From Proteus phage SJ_PmiM, in the sequence record MW367898.1: DNA of 24,000 nt. One strand, given 5' to 3'. Shown piece after piece: positions 8,300 through 16,458 of the stretch. Position numbers and translations under genes: made by a program. Position 1 is the first letter of the stretch; each line of letters starts with the position of its first letter. The notes below the pieces were generated by a model that was given only the letters and a program-made list of their open reading frames with translations, had not been told where the DNA came from and made no database searches.

Positions 8300-9101
8300 A
8301 ATATATAATAGTTTAATTAAAATTCGGCAGGAAAATCCTGCCGAAGAAGGCGAAATTCATCACATTGTACCTAGGTCTATGGGTGGCTCAAACGACAAAT
8401 CTAATTTAGTAAAGCTTACATATAGAGAACATTTCTTTGCACATTTGTTATTGTATAAAATACATAGAAATAAAGAAATGGCTTTCGCTTTAGGTAGAAT
8501 GTTGAACTCTAATAAAAATTCTCGTTCTTATGAATTTGCAAGAAAAGCTCATAGAAAAGCTGTTAGTGAATGGTCTAAAGAATTTATGGCAGACAAAGTA
8601 TCTATGAGGAATTTAAAAACAAGAAAGTGTAAATTACTTATTAAAGGAACATTTAATAAAGACGAATGGGTTGGAAATAATTTTGGAAATAGATTTGAAG
8701 GTGTAAAAGGCGTAACAAATTTTAAGGATAAATCAGGTAAAATATATCGTCTTAGAGTTGATGACCCTAAAATAAATGAACTTGGTCTTAAGGGTATTGG
8801 TAACTGGGACAATGCAACAAAAAGAGCTAAAGAAATAAATAATTCTAGACCTTGGTTTAATAAGTTTGGTGCTGAAAAGGAATCTATTGTTAATATAGAA
8901 TCTTTATACAACTGGTATGTAACAAACTATGATGAGTCCCGTCCAAAAGCAACAGGTGTCGCTAAATGGATGAAGAAGTCAGGAATAGAAAAACGAAGTA
9001 AATTATACGCAAAGGCCTTAAATATGTTTAAACAAGGCTGGAAACCTACTACAGAATATTACGAGGTTAAAAATGAAATTCTCAAAAATCGACAAAAATG
9101 A
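8286..9101 (+). CDS. HNH homing endonuclease located between genes 39 and 60 (T4 mobA position); GTG start
   Basis: EIHHIVPRSMGGSNDKSNLVKLTYREHFFAHLLL HNH core, inserted where the topoisomerase ORF is split; overlaps gene 39 end (14 nt) and gene 60 start (29 nt). Confidence 0.9.
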   Translation: MNYSKIYNSLIKIRQENPAEEGEIHHIVPRSMGGSNDKSNLVKLTYREHFFAHLLLYKIHRNKEMAFALGRMLNSNKNSRSYEFARKAHRKAVSEWSKEFMADKVSMRNLKTRKCKLLIKGTFNKDEWVGNNFGNRFEGVKGVTNFKDKSGKIYRLRVDDPKINELGLKGIGNWDNATKRAKEINNSRPWFNKFGAEKESIVNIESLYNWYVTNYDESRPKATGVAKWMKKSGIEKRSKLYAKALNMFKQGWKPTTEYYEVKNEILKNRQK

Positions 9102-9609
9102 TATTGATATGACTAAATATAATGCCCAAACCATTGTTAAAAGAACTTCTACCGCTAGTAATATGATGTATGATAACATCGCTATTATGACGGATGCCGA
9201 TGTTGATGGGTAGCCTTCGGGCTACTCATTGACATACCTCACAAATAAAGAGATAATTGGACAAGGGTCTATTTATCCTTCGCTATTAGCATTCTTTGCT
9301 AAATGGCCTGAACTATATAAAGAACAACGAATTCGTTTTTGTAAAACTCCATTAATTATTATTCAAAAAGGTAATGAACAGAAATGGTATTATAACGTAG
9401 AAGAATACGAAAAAGAAAAATCTAAATTAAAAGGTTGGTCAGCACCTCGTTATATTAAAGGACTTGCTTCGTTAACTTCAAGTGAATATAAACGTGTTGT
9501 TAGAGACCCGGTTTATGATATAGTCGAATTGCCTGATAATTATGAAGAGTTATTCGAAATGTTATTTGGTGATAATGCAGATCTTAGAAAAGAGTGGATG
9601 AAATCATGA
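9073..9609 (+). CDS. 60: DNA topoisomerase II large subunit C-terminal part, gp60; predicted 161 aa made by programmed translational bypass, join(9073..9210,9262..9609)
   Basis: MKFSKIDKNDIDMTKYNAQTIVKRTSTASNMMYDNIAIMTDADVDG (46 codons) then TAG; protein resumes QGSIYPSLLAFFAKWPELYKEQRIRFCKTPLIIIQKG...RYIKGLASLTSSEYKRVVRDPVYDIVELPDNYEELFEMLFGDNADLRKEWMKS. Both parts align with T4 gp60. SD GAGGT 9063-9068. Confidence 0.95.
9208..9261 (+). promoter_or_regulatory. T4-type ribosome bypass (hop) element: takeoff GGG 9208-9210, gap 9211-9261 (51 nt) beginning with TAG and ending in landing GGA 9259-9261
   Basis: GGG TAGCCTTCGGGCTACTCATTGACATACCTCACAAATAAAGAGATAATT GGA vs T4 GGA UAGCCUUCGGGCUAUCUAUAGAAAUACCUCAUAAUUAAGAGAUUAUU GGA (from memory). 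Hairpin 9208-9215/9220-9227 with UUCG loop; GAG exactly 6 nt before landing GGA, as in T4. Confidence 0.92.
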
Positions 9610-9821
9610 CAGAAGTAGGGTTTTGGTATAAAGGAAGCGTACGACGGACAGTCGTACTTCCAATTTATGAAAGAACAGCTTTACATGTAGAATTAGTTGC
9701 TTATCAAGTTAAAGTGTTTAATAATAGAAGAGAAGCCATTGTTGAAGATGGAATTTCTATCGAAGATGCATTATTTGGTATTCATAAAAAACTTGAAGAC
9801 AGACCAGGATTTTTTGATTAA
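9606..9821 (+). CDS. hypothetical protein (start overlapping gene 60 stop: ATGA)
   Basis: ORF MTEVGFWYKGSVRRTVVLPIYERTALHVELVAY...; track start 9594, ATG 9606 likelier. Confidence 0.6.
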   Translation: MTEVGFWYKGSVRRTVVLPIYERTALHVELVAYQVKVFNNRREAIVEDGISIEDALFGIHKKLEDRPGFFD

Positions 9822-9830
9822 GGAAATAAC

Positions 9831-10022
9831 ATGGTTATTCATATAGAATATAAAAATAAAATGTATAAAGGGGAATGTTCTCCTTTCTATTGTGTTGAAA
9901 GTGCTATCCATGAAATGATGGGTTATATTTTAGAAGTATATATTGATGGGTCCTTTTACTCTATTAAAGGACCTGATATTGAATCATGTATTAATACCTT
10001 GTATAATAAGTTATATGATTAA
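9831..10022 (+). CDS. small hypothetical protein
   Basis: ORF of 63 aa with SD AAGGAA. Confidence 0.55.
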   Translation: MVIHIEYKNKMYKGECSPFYCVESAIHEMMGYILEVYIDGSFYSIKGPDIESCINTLYNKLYD

Positions 10023-10048
10023 TACTATAATAGACAAATGAGTTAATA

Positions 10049-12094
10049 ATGAAATTACATAATACTAATGAAATAATGTTAGGTAGTAATAAAACTTCTA
10101 CCAAATTTACAATTGCCACATCTGCTAAAGCTTTTAAAGTTTTATCACAAAATTTATATACCAATCAGATTAGAGCAATTATTCGTGAATTGAGCTGTAA
10201 TGCAGCAGATGCTCATACTTTATTAGGTCATTTTAAGCCTTTTGATATCACATTGCCATCTGTCTTAGACACAAGATTTATTATTCGTGACTACGGCCCA
10301 GGATTATCCGATGACGATGTCACTCATATGTATACCACATATTTTGAATCTACAAAATCAGATTCTAACGATTTTATTGGTGCTTTAGGATTGGGTTCTA
10401 AATCTCCATTTGGATATACAGAAACATTTTCTATTGTATCAAGATTTAAAGGACGTGCTCGTGGATATACTGCATGTTTAGATAACGGTGAACCTTCGTT
10501 AATTCCTACTTTTGATGTTGAAGATGATTCTCCTTCTGGATTAGAAATAACTGTTCCTGTTTTAGAAAAGGATGTTTCTAGATGGCACCATGAAGCACAA
10601 TATGTTTATGCTACTTTTTGTGATATTAAACCCAATTTTGTAGGCCCACAGATTCAAGTTAATTATTTACCTACAGACGAATACTTTTTTGCAGATTCTG
10701 GGTTATCTGTTGATTCAACAGAAGTTTATGCAATTATGGGTAAAATTAGATATCCATTAAAAAGTGCAAATTTTGATTTTTCTGGAATACGTGCTTTAGG
10801 CGAAGCTGGTAAAATGTTTATTCGCTTTAAATTAGGCGAACTTGACATTGCTCCTTCTCGTGAAGAAATTTCTTATGACGACGACACTGTAAACAATATT
10901 AAAAGAAGAGCCGAAGAAATAACAAAAGAAATATATGCAGAGATCCAAAAAGAAATCGATGATATCGATTCTGAGCGTGGTGTTCTAAGATATGTTAATA
11001 GTAAGTATTATAGATTAAGCGAATATTTAAAAAATTCTTTTGAATCTAAAAAATTTGGTCCAATTAAAGATTTATATTTAAAATATAATGTATACCCGGA
11101 CTTATACTTACATGGTTATTATATTTGTGATAATCCTAAATTGGTTAGAATTAGTAATGCTAATCGTAGTTCTACTAAATATAAACAAACATTAAGTAGT
11201 GTGTTTCATTTTAATGTCGAAAATTTAGTAGTTATTATTGACGATTGTAAAGGTAAAGACAAAATCGCTACAATTCGTGGAATGAAATCTAATTTTGTAC
11301 ATGAATCTTTGTGTGTGGTTTTAAAAGATACTGAAACCGAAACCTTAGAACAAATAAAAGATTTTATGGGTGATGATGTATCAGTCTATAATTTATCTTA
11401 TTTAAGAACAAAATATAAAGCTTCTAAACCTGCTGAAGTTCGCCCAAGAGCTTCTAATGTACAAATTTGGTCAATGAAAGAAGACAAATGGAATAAATAT
11501 TTTTCTAAAAAGGATTTGTATTTGACAGCTTCTGAAGTACGATCTATTAAAGGACCTATTTTATATTCATTTGATAATAGTATTATTTGTTCTGATAAGA
11601 ACCGTTCTTATATAGCAAATAGACTTATAATTAATATGTGTGAATTTTTAGGAATACAAGAATTCCATGTTATTAGACCTGCTGCATTTAAATATGTAGA
11701 AGGTAAAAATATGGTAGACACTCTTTCAGAAAAAATCAGAGCATGTAATTTATCTAAGAATGATATTCCTATTGAGTATGATTCAGAATTTTTAAATTAT
11801 AGTGTTCTAAAAGAATTACCTTGGCTTAAACAACTTTTAGTCAATCAAAAATACAAATCGGCTTTAAATCTAAGTTCATATTTAGAATTAAAAAGAATTC
11901 TTTTACGTTCAGACAAAGAACTAAATGATGAACTAGAAGCATTAGAATCAGAAGCGGAATCAGATTTTGAAAAATCTGAAGAACTTATTCGCGAAAAATA
12001 TCCTGTATTATATTATTATGTTTTCAATTTACCAGAACTTACAGAAAAACAAATTGAAATCATTAATACTTATTTGAAACCTAAGGAATTATAA
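10049..12094 (+). CDS. rIIA: rIIA-like protein (GHKL-type ATPase fold)
   Basis: IRAIIRELSCNAADAHTLLGHFKPFDITLP, DYGPGLSDDDVTHMYTTYFESTKSDSNDFIGALGLGSKSPFGYTETF; directly followed by rIIB with TAATG overlap. Confidence 0.95.
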   Translation: MKLHNTNEIMLGSNKTSTKFTIATSAKAFKVLSQNLYTNQIRAIIRELSCNAADAHTLLGHFKPFDITLPSVLDTRFIIRDYGPGLSDDDVTHMYTTYFESTKSDSNDFIGALGLGSKSPFGYTETFSIVSRFKGRARGYTACLDNGEPSLIPTFDVEDDSPSGLEITVPVLEKDVSRWHHEAQYVYATFCDIKPNFVGPQIQVNYLPTDEYFFADSGLSVDSTEVYAIMGKIRYPLKSANFDFSGIRALGEAGKMFIRFKLGELDIAPSREEISYDDDTVNNIKRRAEEITKEIYAEIQKEIDDIDSERGVLRYVNSKYYRLSEYLKNSFESKKFGPIKDLYLKYNVYPDLYLHGYYICDNPKLVRISNANRSSTKYKQTLSSVFHFNVENLVVIIDDCKGKDKIATIRGMKSNFVHESLCVVLKDTETETLEQIKDFMGDDVSVYNLSYLRTKYKASKPAEVRPRASNVQIWSMKEDKWNKYFSKKDLYLTASEVRSIKGPILYSFDNSIICSDKNRSYIANRLIINMCEFLGIQEFHVIRPAAFKYVEGKNMVDTLSEKIRACNLSKNDIPIEYDSEFLNYSVLKELPWLKQLLVNQKYKSALNLSSYLELKRILLRSDKELNDELEALESEAESDFEKSEELIREKYPVLYYYVFNLPELTEKQIEIINTYLKPKEL

Positions 12095-13341
12095 TGGCTG
12101 TTAAAATTTTAAATGAACAACAAAAAGAATCGGTTGTTAATCTTTTTGCTGAAGGTAAATCAAAATCTCTTATTGCACGCCATTTTGGCGTGTCATCTGA
12201 TACTATTACAAGAGTTTTAAAAGAAAATCCTACTCAAATTTATACACCCGGGCCGGGTTCGCAATTAACGTATGACTGGGTATTTGCAGATAAAATTATT
12301 ATTGACCCTAAATTAAATACCTCTATTGCATGTCATACGGTTTGTATCAACAATCCTAAAGACCGAGATATGTTTACTAAAAGCTGTGACTTATCTATCC
12401 CAGGTGTTATTCGTATCGGGAAGTTAAAATCAAAATCTAATATTTATGCTTATAATTGTTCTAAAGAACAAAAGGCAGAAGATATTGGTAATTATATTGT
12501 TAATCTTCCAAAAAAATCAACCATGAATTTAGATTTTGCTATCAGTAAAAATCCTAAAAAAGTTGTAGAAAAAATTAAAGAAGATTTGGAAAGCCTTGTT
12601 TGGAATGCTAACAGTAAATTTATTTCTATTACAGTTGGAACTAAAACATATAATGCAGGTAAAGACCATGAAAACTTTATGGATGCTTTATCAGAATTGT
12701 CTAAAGCAATGGAAGCCGTTGCTAAAGACGATGTAAAAACAGAACGTAAGCACGTCCAAAAAGCTTTAGACCTTATTAATACAAAACGTGCTATTAAGTC
12801 TTATACTAAAGGTCATATTAAAATAGAAGGATCTACCTTATATTATAAAGACCTTATTATTGATTCAGGATTAACTCGTAAAATTATTTCTAATATGAAA
12901 GAAGGTAAAGATTTTGAGTTCTTATTACCGTTCTTAGAAAACTTAATGTTAAATCCAAGCCGTAAAGCTGTAATGCGTTTATATGATTTCTTAATGGCTA
13001 CAGATATCGAAATCACATCAGATGGTCATTTTATTGCATGGAAAGTCGTACGTAATAATTATTTAGATTGTCATAGTGGTACATTTGACAATTCGCCTGG
13101 TAAACGTGTAGAAGTTCCACGTAATACAGTGGATGAAGATGATAATCGTACGTGTTCATCAGGATTACATGTTTGTTCTAAGTCATATATTCCTGCATTT
13201 GGTGGAAGTAAAAGTCGTGTTGTTTCTGTTAAGGTCCATCCACGTGATGTAGTTTCTATCCCAGTAGATTATAACGATGCTAAAATGAGAACATGTGGTT
13301 ATACAGTCCTAGAAGACGTAACTAGTAAATTTAAAATTTAA
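12094..13341 (+). CDS. rIIB: rIIB-like protein
   Basis: DGHFIAWKVVRNNYLDCHSGTFDNSPGKRVEVPRNTVDEDDNRTCSSGLHVCSKSYIPAFGGSKSRVVSVKVHPRDVVSIPVDYNDAKMRTCGYTVLEDVT matches T4 rIIB. Confidence 0.96.
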   Translation: MAVKILNEQQKESVVNLFAEGKSKSLIARHFGVSSDTITRVLKENPTQIYTPGPGSQLTYDWVFADKIIIDPKLNTSIACHTVCINNPKDRDMFTKSCDLSIPGVIRIGKLKSKSNIYAYNCSKEQKAEDIGNYIVNLPKKSTMNLDFAISKNPKKVVEKIKEDLESLVWNANSKFISITVGTKTYNAGKDHENFMDALSELSKAMEAVAKDDVKTERKHVQKALDLINTKRAIKSYTKGHIKIEGSTLYYKDLIIDSGLTRKIISNMKEGKDFEFLLPFLENLMLNPSRKAVMRLYDFLMATDIEITSDGHFIAWKVVRNNYLDCHSGTFDNSPGKRVEVPRNTVDEDDNRTCSSGLHVCSKSYIPAFGGSKSRVVSVKVHPRDVVSIPVDYNDAKMRTCGYTVLEDVTSKFKI

Positions 13342-13345
13342 TGAT

Positions 13346-13367
13346 AAGGGACTTAGGTCCCTTTTTT
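13346..13367 (+). terminator. Rho-independent terminator AAGGGAC-TTAG-GTCCCTTTTTT after rIIB
   Basis: 7-bp stem plus T-run. Confidence 0.85.
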
Positions 13368-13382
13368 GGTTTGAGAGGTAAT

Positions 13383-14003
13383 ATGTTAGAAACAAATCCT
13401 GGTTGGAAACGATTATTAGAATTAAAACCTAAAGTAATGGCTTTAGGAGATCTTACAGAAGATACTAAAGAAAAAATACGTTCAACAACAAAGTATTCGT
13501 TGGAATCTAATCCAAATCAAACTATACCAGAATGCTTTGAGAAATGTATGATTGCCATTATGGCCGAAGAATATGTCAAAGAACATGTAGATGGTATTAT
13601 TAATCATGGACAAGAAGATCTTGAAGACCCATACACTTATGCTTATGATGTTATATCTCATCCAAAATACTCTGGTCTACGAATAGAAGTAAAAACTCAT
13701 CAATCAAATTCTAAATGGGTTGTAGTGAATTCTGGTATAGATGGAGATTGTCCGGGTACATCAGGGATAAACCTGGGACCGTTCTTGAAATTTGGTGTGG
13801 CAGATATTATAATTATATTCAAAACCGAAAAGATTGCCCTGAACACATTCAGGATGATTCCTTATATTTTAGCAGACCAATATGCTTTATCTACAAAGAA
13901 TGGTAGTATTCGTAAATCTAAATTCGATGGGTATTATTTAACCGGAAGAATTGAAAGAGATAAAAATTTTTGTTTTAAGGTATTTACATCCAAAGATTTT
14001 TAG
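13383..14003 (+). CDS. putative PD-(D/E)xK nuclease at the denB (endonuclease IV) position; start corrected to ATG 13383
   Basis: SD GAGGT at 13374-13378. DVISHPKYSGLRIEVKTHQSNSKW fits D..ExK. Lies between rIIB and ndd as T4 denB does. Confidence 0.45.
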   Translation: MLETNPGWKRLLELKPKVMALGDLTEDTKEKIRSTTKYSLESNPNQTIPECFEKCMIAIMAEEYVKEHVDGIINHGQEDLEDPYTYAYDVISHPKYSGLRIEVKTHQSNSKWVVVNSGIDGDCPGTSGINLGPFLKFGVADIIIIFKTEKIALNTFRMIPYILADQYALSTKNGSIRKSKFDGYYLTGRIERDKNFCFKVFTSKDF

Positions 14004-14010
14004 TTATAAT
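13983..14010 (+). promoter_or_regulatory. sigma70-type early promoter TTTACA-N16-TATAAT upstream of ndd-like gene
   Basis: -35 13983-13988, -10 14005-14010. Confidence 0.75.
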
Positions 14011-14044
14011 ACATCCATACTAACTAATCGTGAATGAGGTCATT

Positions 14045-14536
14045 ATGAATTTTAATAAATTACGTTTTAATAAACAACATATTTCTGGTTTTTCTGATTT
14101 AGTAGTTACTCTTGCAAGAAAACCAGGTTCTTGGAATATTGATATTATTATCAATTCTCAAACAGATGAAATTATGTTTAAACCTGGTTTTTATTTCTTT
14201 GTTGATAAACAAACAGGTGAAGGCTTAAATGTTTATACTGTGGGACGTCAACGTGTTAATGAAAAATTCCGTACTAACTATGGTTTATATACGATCATTA
14301 ACAAAATCCAGGCTCCTAAATATAAACCAGCTGCAAAACTAAAACGTCATTTATCTGCAAAAACACAAATTGAAGTATATTATGTTTCTATGGAAAATGC
14401 TAAATATCTAACAAATAAAGTTGGTAAACAAGGAACTTTATTTGGTAAATTAGCTAAAACAGAAACAGATATCTATAATAATATGCATGAAGTAAAAAGT
14501 CGTATTAAAGATAATTATTCTTTTAAATATAATTAA
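14045..14536 (+). CDS. ndd: Ndd-like nucleoid disruption protein (diverged); start corrected to ATG 14045
   Basis: MFKPGFYFFVDKQTGEG..VYTVGRQR...IEVYYVSMENAKYLTNKVGKQGTL...TDIYNNMHEVKSRIKDNYSFKY vs T4 Ndd KPGFYFLVSKLDGRP...[20 protein letters not shown]...YQTLEEMNRMLADNFKF; gene position agrees. Confidence 0.7.
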   Translation: MNFNKLRFNKQHISGFSDLVVTLARKPGSWNIDIIINSQTDEIMFKPGFYFFVDKQTGEGLNVYTVGRQRVNEKFRTNYGLYTIINKIQAPKYKPAAKLKRHLSAKTQIEVYYVSMENAKYLTNKVGKQGTLFGKLAKTETDIYNNMHEVKSRIKDNYSFKYN

Positions 14537-14554
14537 TAATTTTCATTTTAAAAC

Positions 14555-14575
14555 AAAGGCCGAAAGGCCTTTTTG
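14555..14575 (+). terminator. terminator AAAGGCC-GAAA-GGCCTTTTT
   Basis: 7-bp stem, GAAA loop, T-run. Confidence 0.85.
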
Positions 14576-14590
14576 TATTAGGAAGATATA

Positions 14591-15946
14591 ATGGAACTGA
14601 ATTTACGTTCATTAAAAAGTATTATTAACAATGAAGCTAAAGAATATGCCTTATACACTGTAGAAGAGCGAGCTATTCCAAATCTTGTAGATGGATTTAA
14701 ACCTGTCCAACGATTTATAATTTATAGGGCCTTAGAAAAAGCTAAAGGTGATAAAAGCAAATATCATAAATTAGCTGGATTGTCAGGTGGTGTTGCTGAA
14801 ATTGGCTATCATCATGGTGAAGGTTCTGCAGCTGAAGCTGGTAAACTGATGGCTAATAATTGGAATAACAACATTCCTTTTTTAGATGGGCGTGGTGCAT
14901 TTGGTTCTAGATTAATCCAAAAAGGCGGTGCTGCTCGTTATGTATTCTGTCGTATATCTCAAAACTTCTTTGATTTATATAAAGATCTTAATATTTCACC
15001 AGAACACCCTGATGTAGAACACATTCCACCTAAGTTTTATTTGCCTATCATTCCAACTGTTTTATTAAACGGTGTTAAAGGAATTGCTACTGGTTATGCT
15101 ACTAATATTTTGCCTCATTCATTAAAATCTGTTGTTGAATGTACAAAATTAGCTATTGATGGTAAATTAGATAAAGAACCTGAAGTACAATACCCGCAAT
15201 TTAATGGCAAGATTATTCCTACTGAATCTGGTGTAGAATTACAAGGTACATATGAGCTTAAAGGTAAAACTCAGCTTCTTATTACAGAAGTTCCTTACAA
15301 ATGGGAACGTGAAGCTTATACTACAAAAATTCTGGATGAATTAGTTAATCAAGGTAAAATTTCTGAGTATGATGATTTATCAGGTGAAGACGAAAAAACA
15401 GGTCAAGTAAAATTCAGATTTAAAATTACTATCAAAAAAGATTTTAATCTTAAATCAGACCCAGAAGAACGCCATGAACAAATCATTAAAGAATTTGGTT
15501 TATCTCAAAAAATTGGACAATTTTTTACAGTGATTGATGACCAAGGTAAAATTAGGGATGATTTTACTAAAGCATCAGAATTAATTAAATATTTTGTAGA
15601 AATAAGAAAACCATTTTATCAAAAGCGTATCGATATCAAATTATCAGAATCTGAGTATTTGTATGATTACGCAAAAGCCAAAGTAGATTTTATTAAAATG
15701 GTTCTTGATAAAACTATTGTATTATCAGGTAAAAGTCGTAAAGATGCTTTAGCAGCTATAGAACAGTTTGATAATCTTAAACCCTTTTCTGACAAGTTAA
15801 TTTCTATGAATCTTTATCATATGACTAAAGACGAAATTAAAAAATTAGAACAAGCAGCTAAAGAATATAAAAAGGAATATGAATACTGGAAAACCACTGA
15901 TATAGAAACTGAATATAAAAAAGACATAGATTCTATTAATGCATAA
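14591..15946 (+). CDS. 52: DNA topoisomerase II medium subunit (GyrA/ParC-like), gp52
   Basis: RAIPNLVDGFKPVQRFIIYRAL, YHHGEGSAAEAGKLMANNWNNNIPFLDGRGAFGSRL..KGGAARYVFCRIS, HVEHIPPKFYLPIIPTVLLNGVKGIATGYATNILPH. Confidence 0.97.
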   Translation: MELNLRSLKSIINNEAKEYALYTVEERAIPNLVDGFKPVQRFIIYRALEKAKGDKSKYHKLAGLSGGVAEIGYHHGEGSAAEAGKLMANNWNNNIPFLDGRGAFGSRLIQKGGAARYVFCRISQNFFDLYKDLNISPEHPDVEHIPPKFYLPIIPTVLLNGVKGIATGYATNILPHSLKSVVECTKLAIDGKLDKEPEVQYPQFNGKIIPTESGVELQGTYELKGKTQLLITEVPYKWEREAYTTKILDELVNQGKISEYDDLSGEDEKTGQVKFRFKITIKKDFNLKSDPEERHEQIIKEFGLSQKIGQFFTVIDDQGKIRDDFTKASELIKYFVEIRKPFYQKRIDIKLSESEYLYDYAKAKVDFIKMVLDKTIVLSGKSRKDALAAIEQFDNLKPFSDKLISMNLYHMTKDEIKKLEQAAKEYKKEYEYWKTTDIETEYKKDIDSINA

Positions 15947-15949
15947 ATT

Positions 15950-15971
15950 AAGGGACTTTTGTCCTTTTTTT
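15950..15971 (+). terminator. Rho-independent terminator AAGGGAC-TTTT-GTCCTTTTTTT after gene 52
   Basis: GGGAC/GTCCT stem plus T-run. Confidence 0.8.
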
Positions 15972-15973
15972 GG

Positions 15974-16002
15974 TTTACAAAGTCTTTTGTGCGTAGTAAG
16001 AT
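15974..16002 (+). promoter_or_regulatory. sigma70-type early promoter TTTACA-N17-TAAGAT
   Basis: -35 15974-15979, -10 15997-16002; immediately after terminator. Confidence 0.75.
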
Positions 16003-16031
16003 ATTCAAAAGATAACCTAGAGGAAAATATT

Positions 16032-16250
16032 ATGACTGTTAGAAAAACTGAATTCTTTGATCAATTTGTTGCACTATCAGCTATGTTACAAGTTAAACAA
16101 CCTAATTTAGATTTAACTTCTGTTTATTTGGCCGCGGCTTTAAAAACACTGCCAGGTAATATGTCTAATGTAGCCGAAGCCAATATTAAAATTCAATCGG
16201 ATTCTTCATTAAAATCTATTTTTGATTCTTATTGGGATGTGTGCCTTTAA
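16032..16250 (+). CDS. small hypothetical protein; start corrected from track 15939
   Basis: MTVRKTEFFDQFVALSAMLQ..., SD AGAGGAAA upstream; upstream extension crosses terminator and promoter. Confidence 0.65.
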   Translation: MTVRKTEFFDQFVALSAMLQVKQPNLDLTSVYLAAALKTLPGNMSNVAEANIKIQSDSSLKSIFDSYWDVCL

Positions 16251-16266
16251 TTACAGGAAAAATCTA

Positions 16267-16458
16267 ATGTTTTTAATGAATAGAGAAGAAGCTCTAGAAG
16301 CTATGAAAGATGGACATAAAATTATGCATGAGTATTTTTCGCCAGAAGAACACTTCTATATGGTTAATGGAAATATTATAGATGAATCTGGGTATGATTG
16401 GAATTTCTTGTTCTTTAAACGAGATATGTACGAAAAAGGGTGGGCTATTAAAGAATGA
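16267..16458 (+). CDS. small hypothetical protein; start corrected from track 16222
   Basis: MFLMNREEALEAMKDGHKIMHEYFSPEEHF... Confidence 0.55.
   Translation: MFLMNREEALEAMKDGHKIMHEYFSPEEHFYMVNGNIIDESGYDWNFLFFKRDMYEKGWAIKE

Noticed and set aside
9211-9213. TAG as a simple inactivating nonsense mutation (pseudogene)
   Set aside because: Both sides of the gap are intact and conserved, and the takeoff hairpin, GAG and landing signals are preserved with a compensatory base pair
9208-9230. Hairpin GTAGCC-TTCG-GGCTAC read as a transcription terminator
   Set aside because: No T-run follows; position and sequence match the T4 bypass takeoff hairpin
9229-9609. Stand-alone ORF beginning MTYLTNKEIIGQGSIYPS (TTG start) in the ORF track
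   Set aside because: The TTG lies inside the bypass gap and has no Shine-Dalgarno. The homologous protein begins at ATG 9073, so this is the 3' exon of gene 60, not a separate gene
10020-10031. TATAAT ahead of rIIA as a middle promoter
   Set aside because: No MotA box (TGCTT) or -35 element at suitable spacing, so not called
13715-13906. ORF MGCSEFWYRWRLSG...
   Set aside because: Out-of-frame overlap inside the larger nuclease-like ORF; no SD
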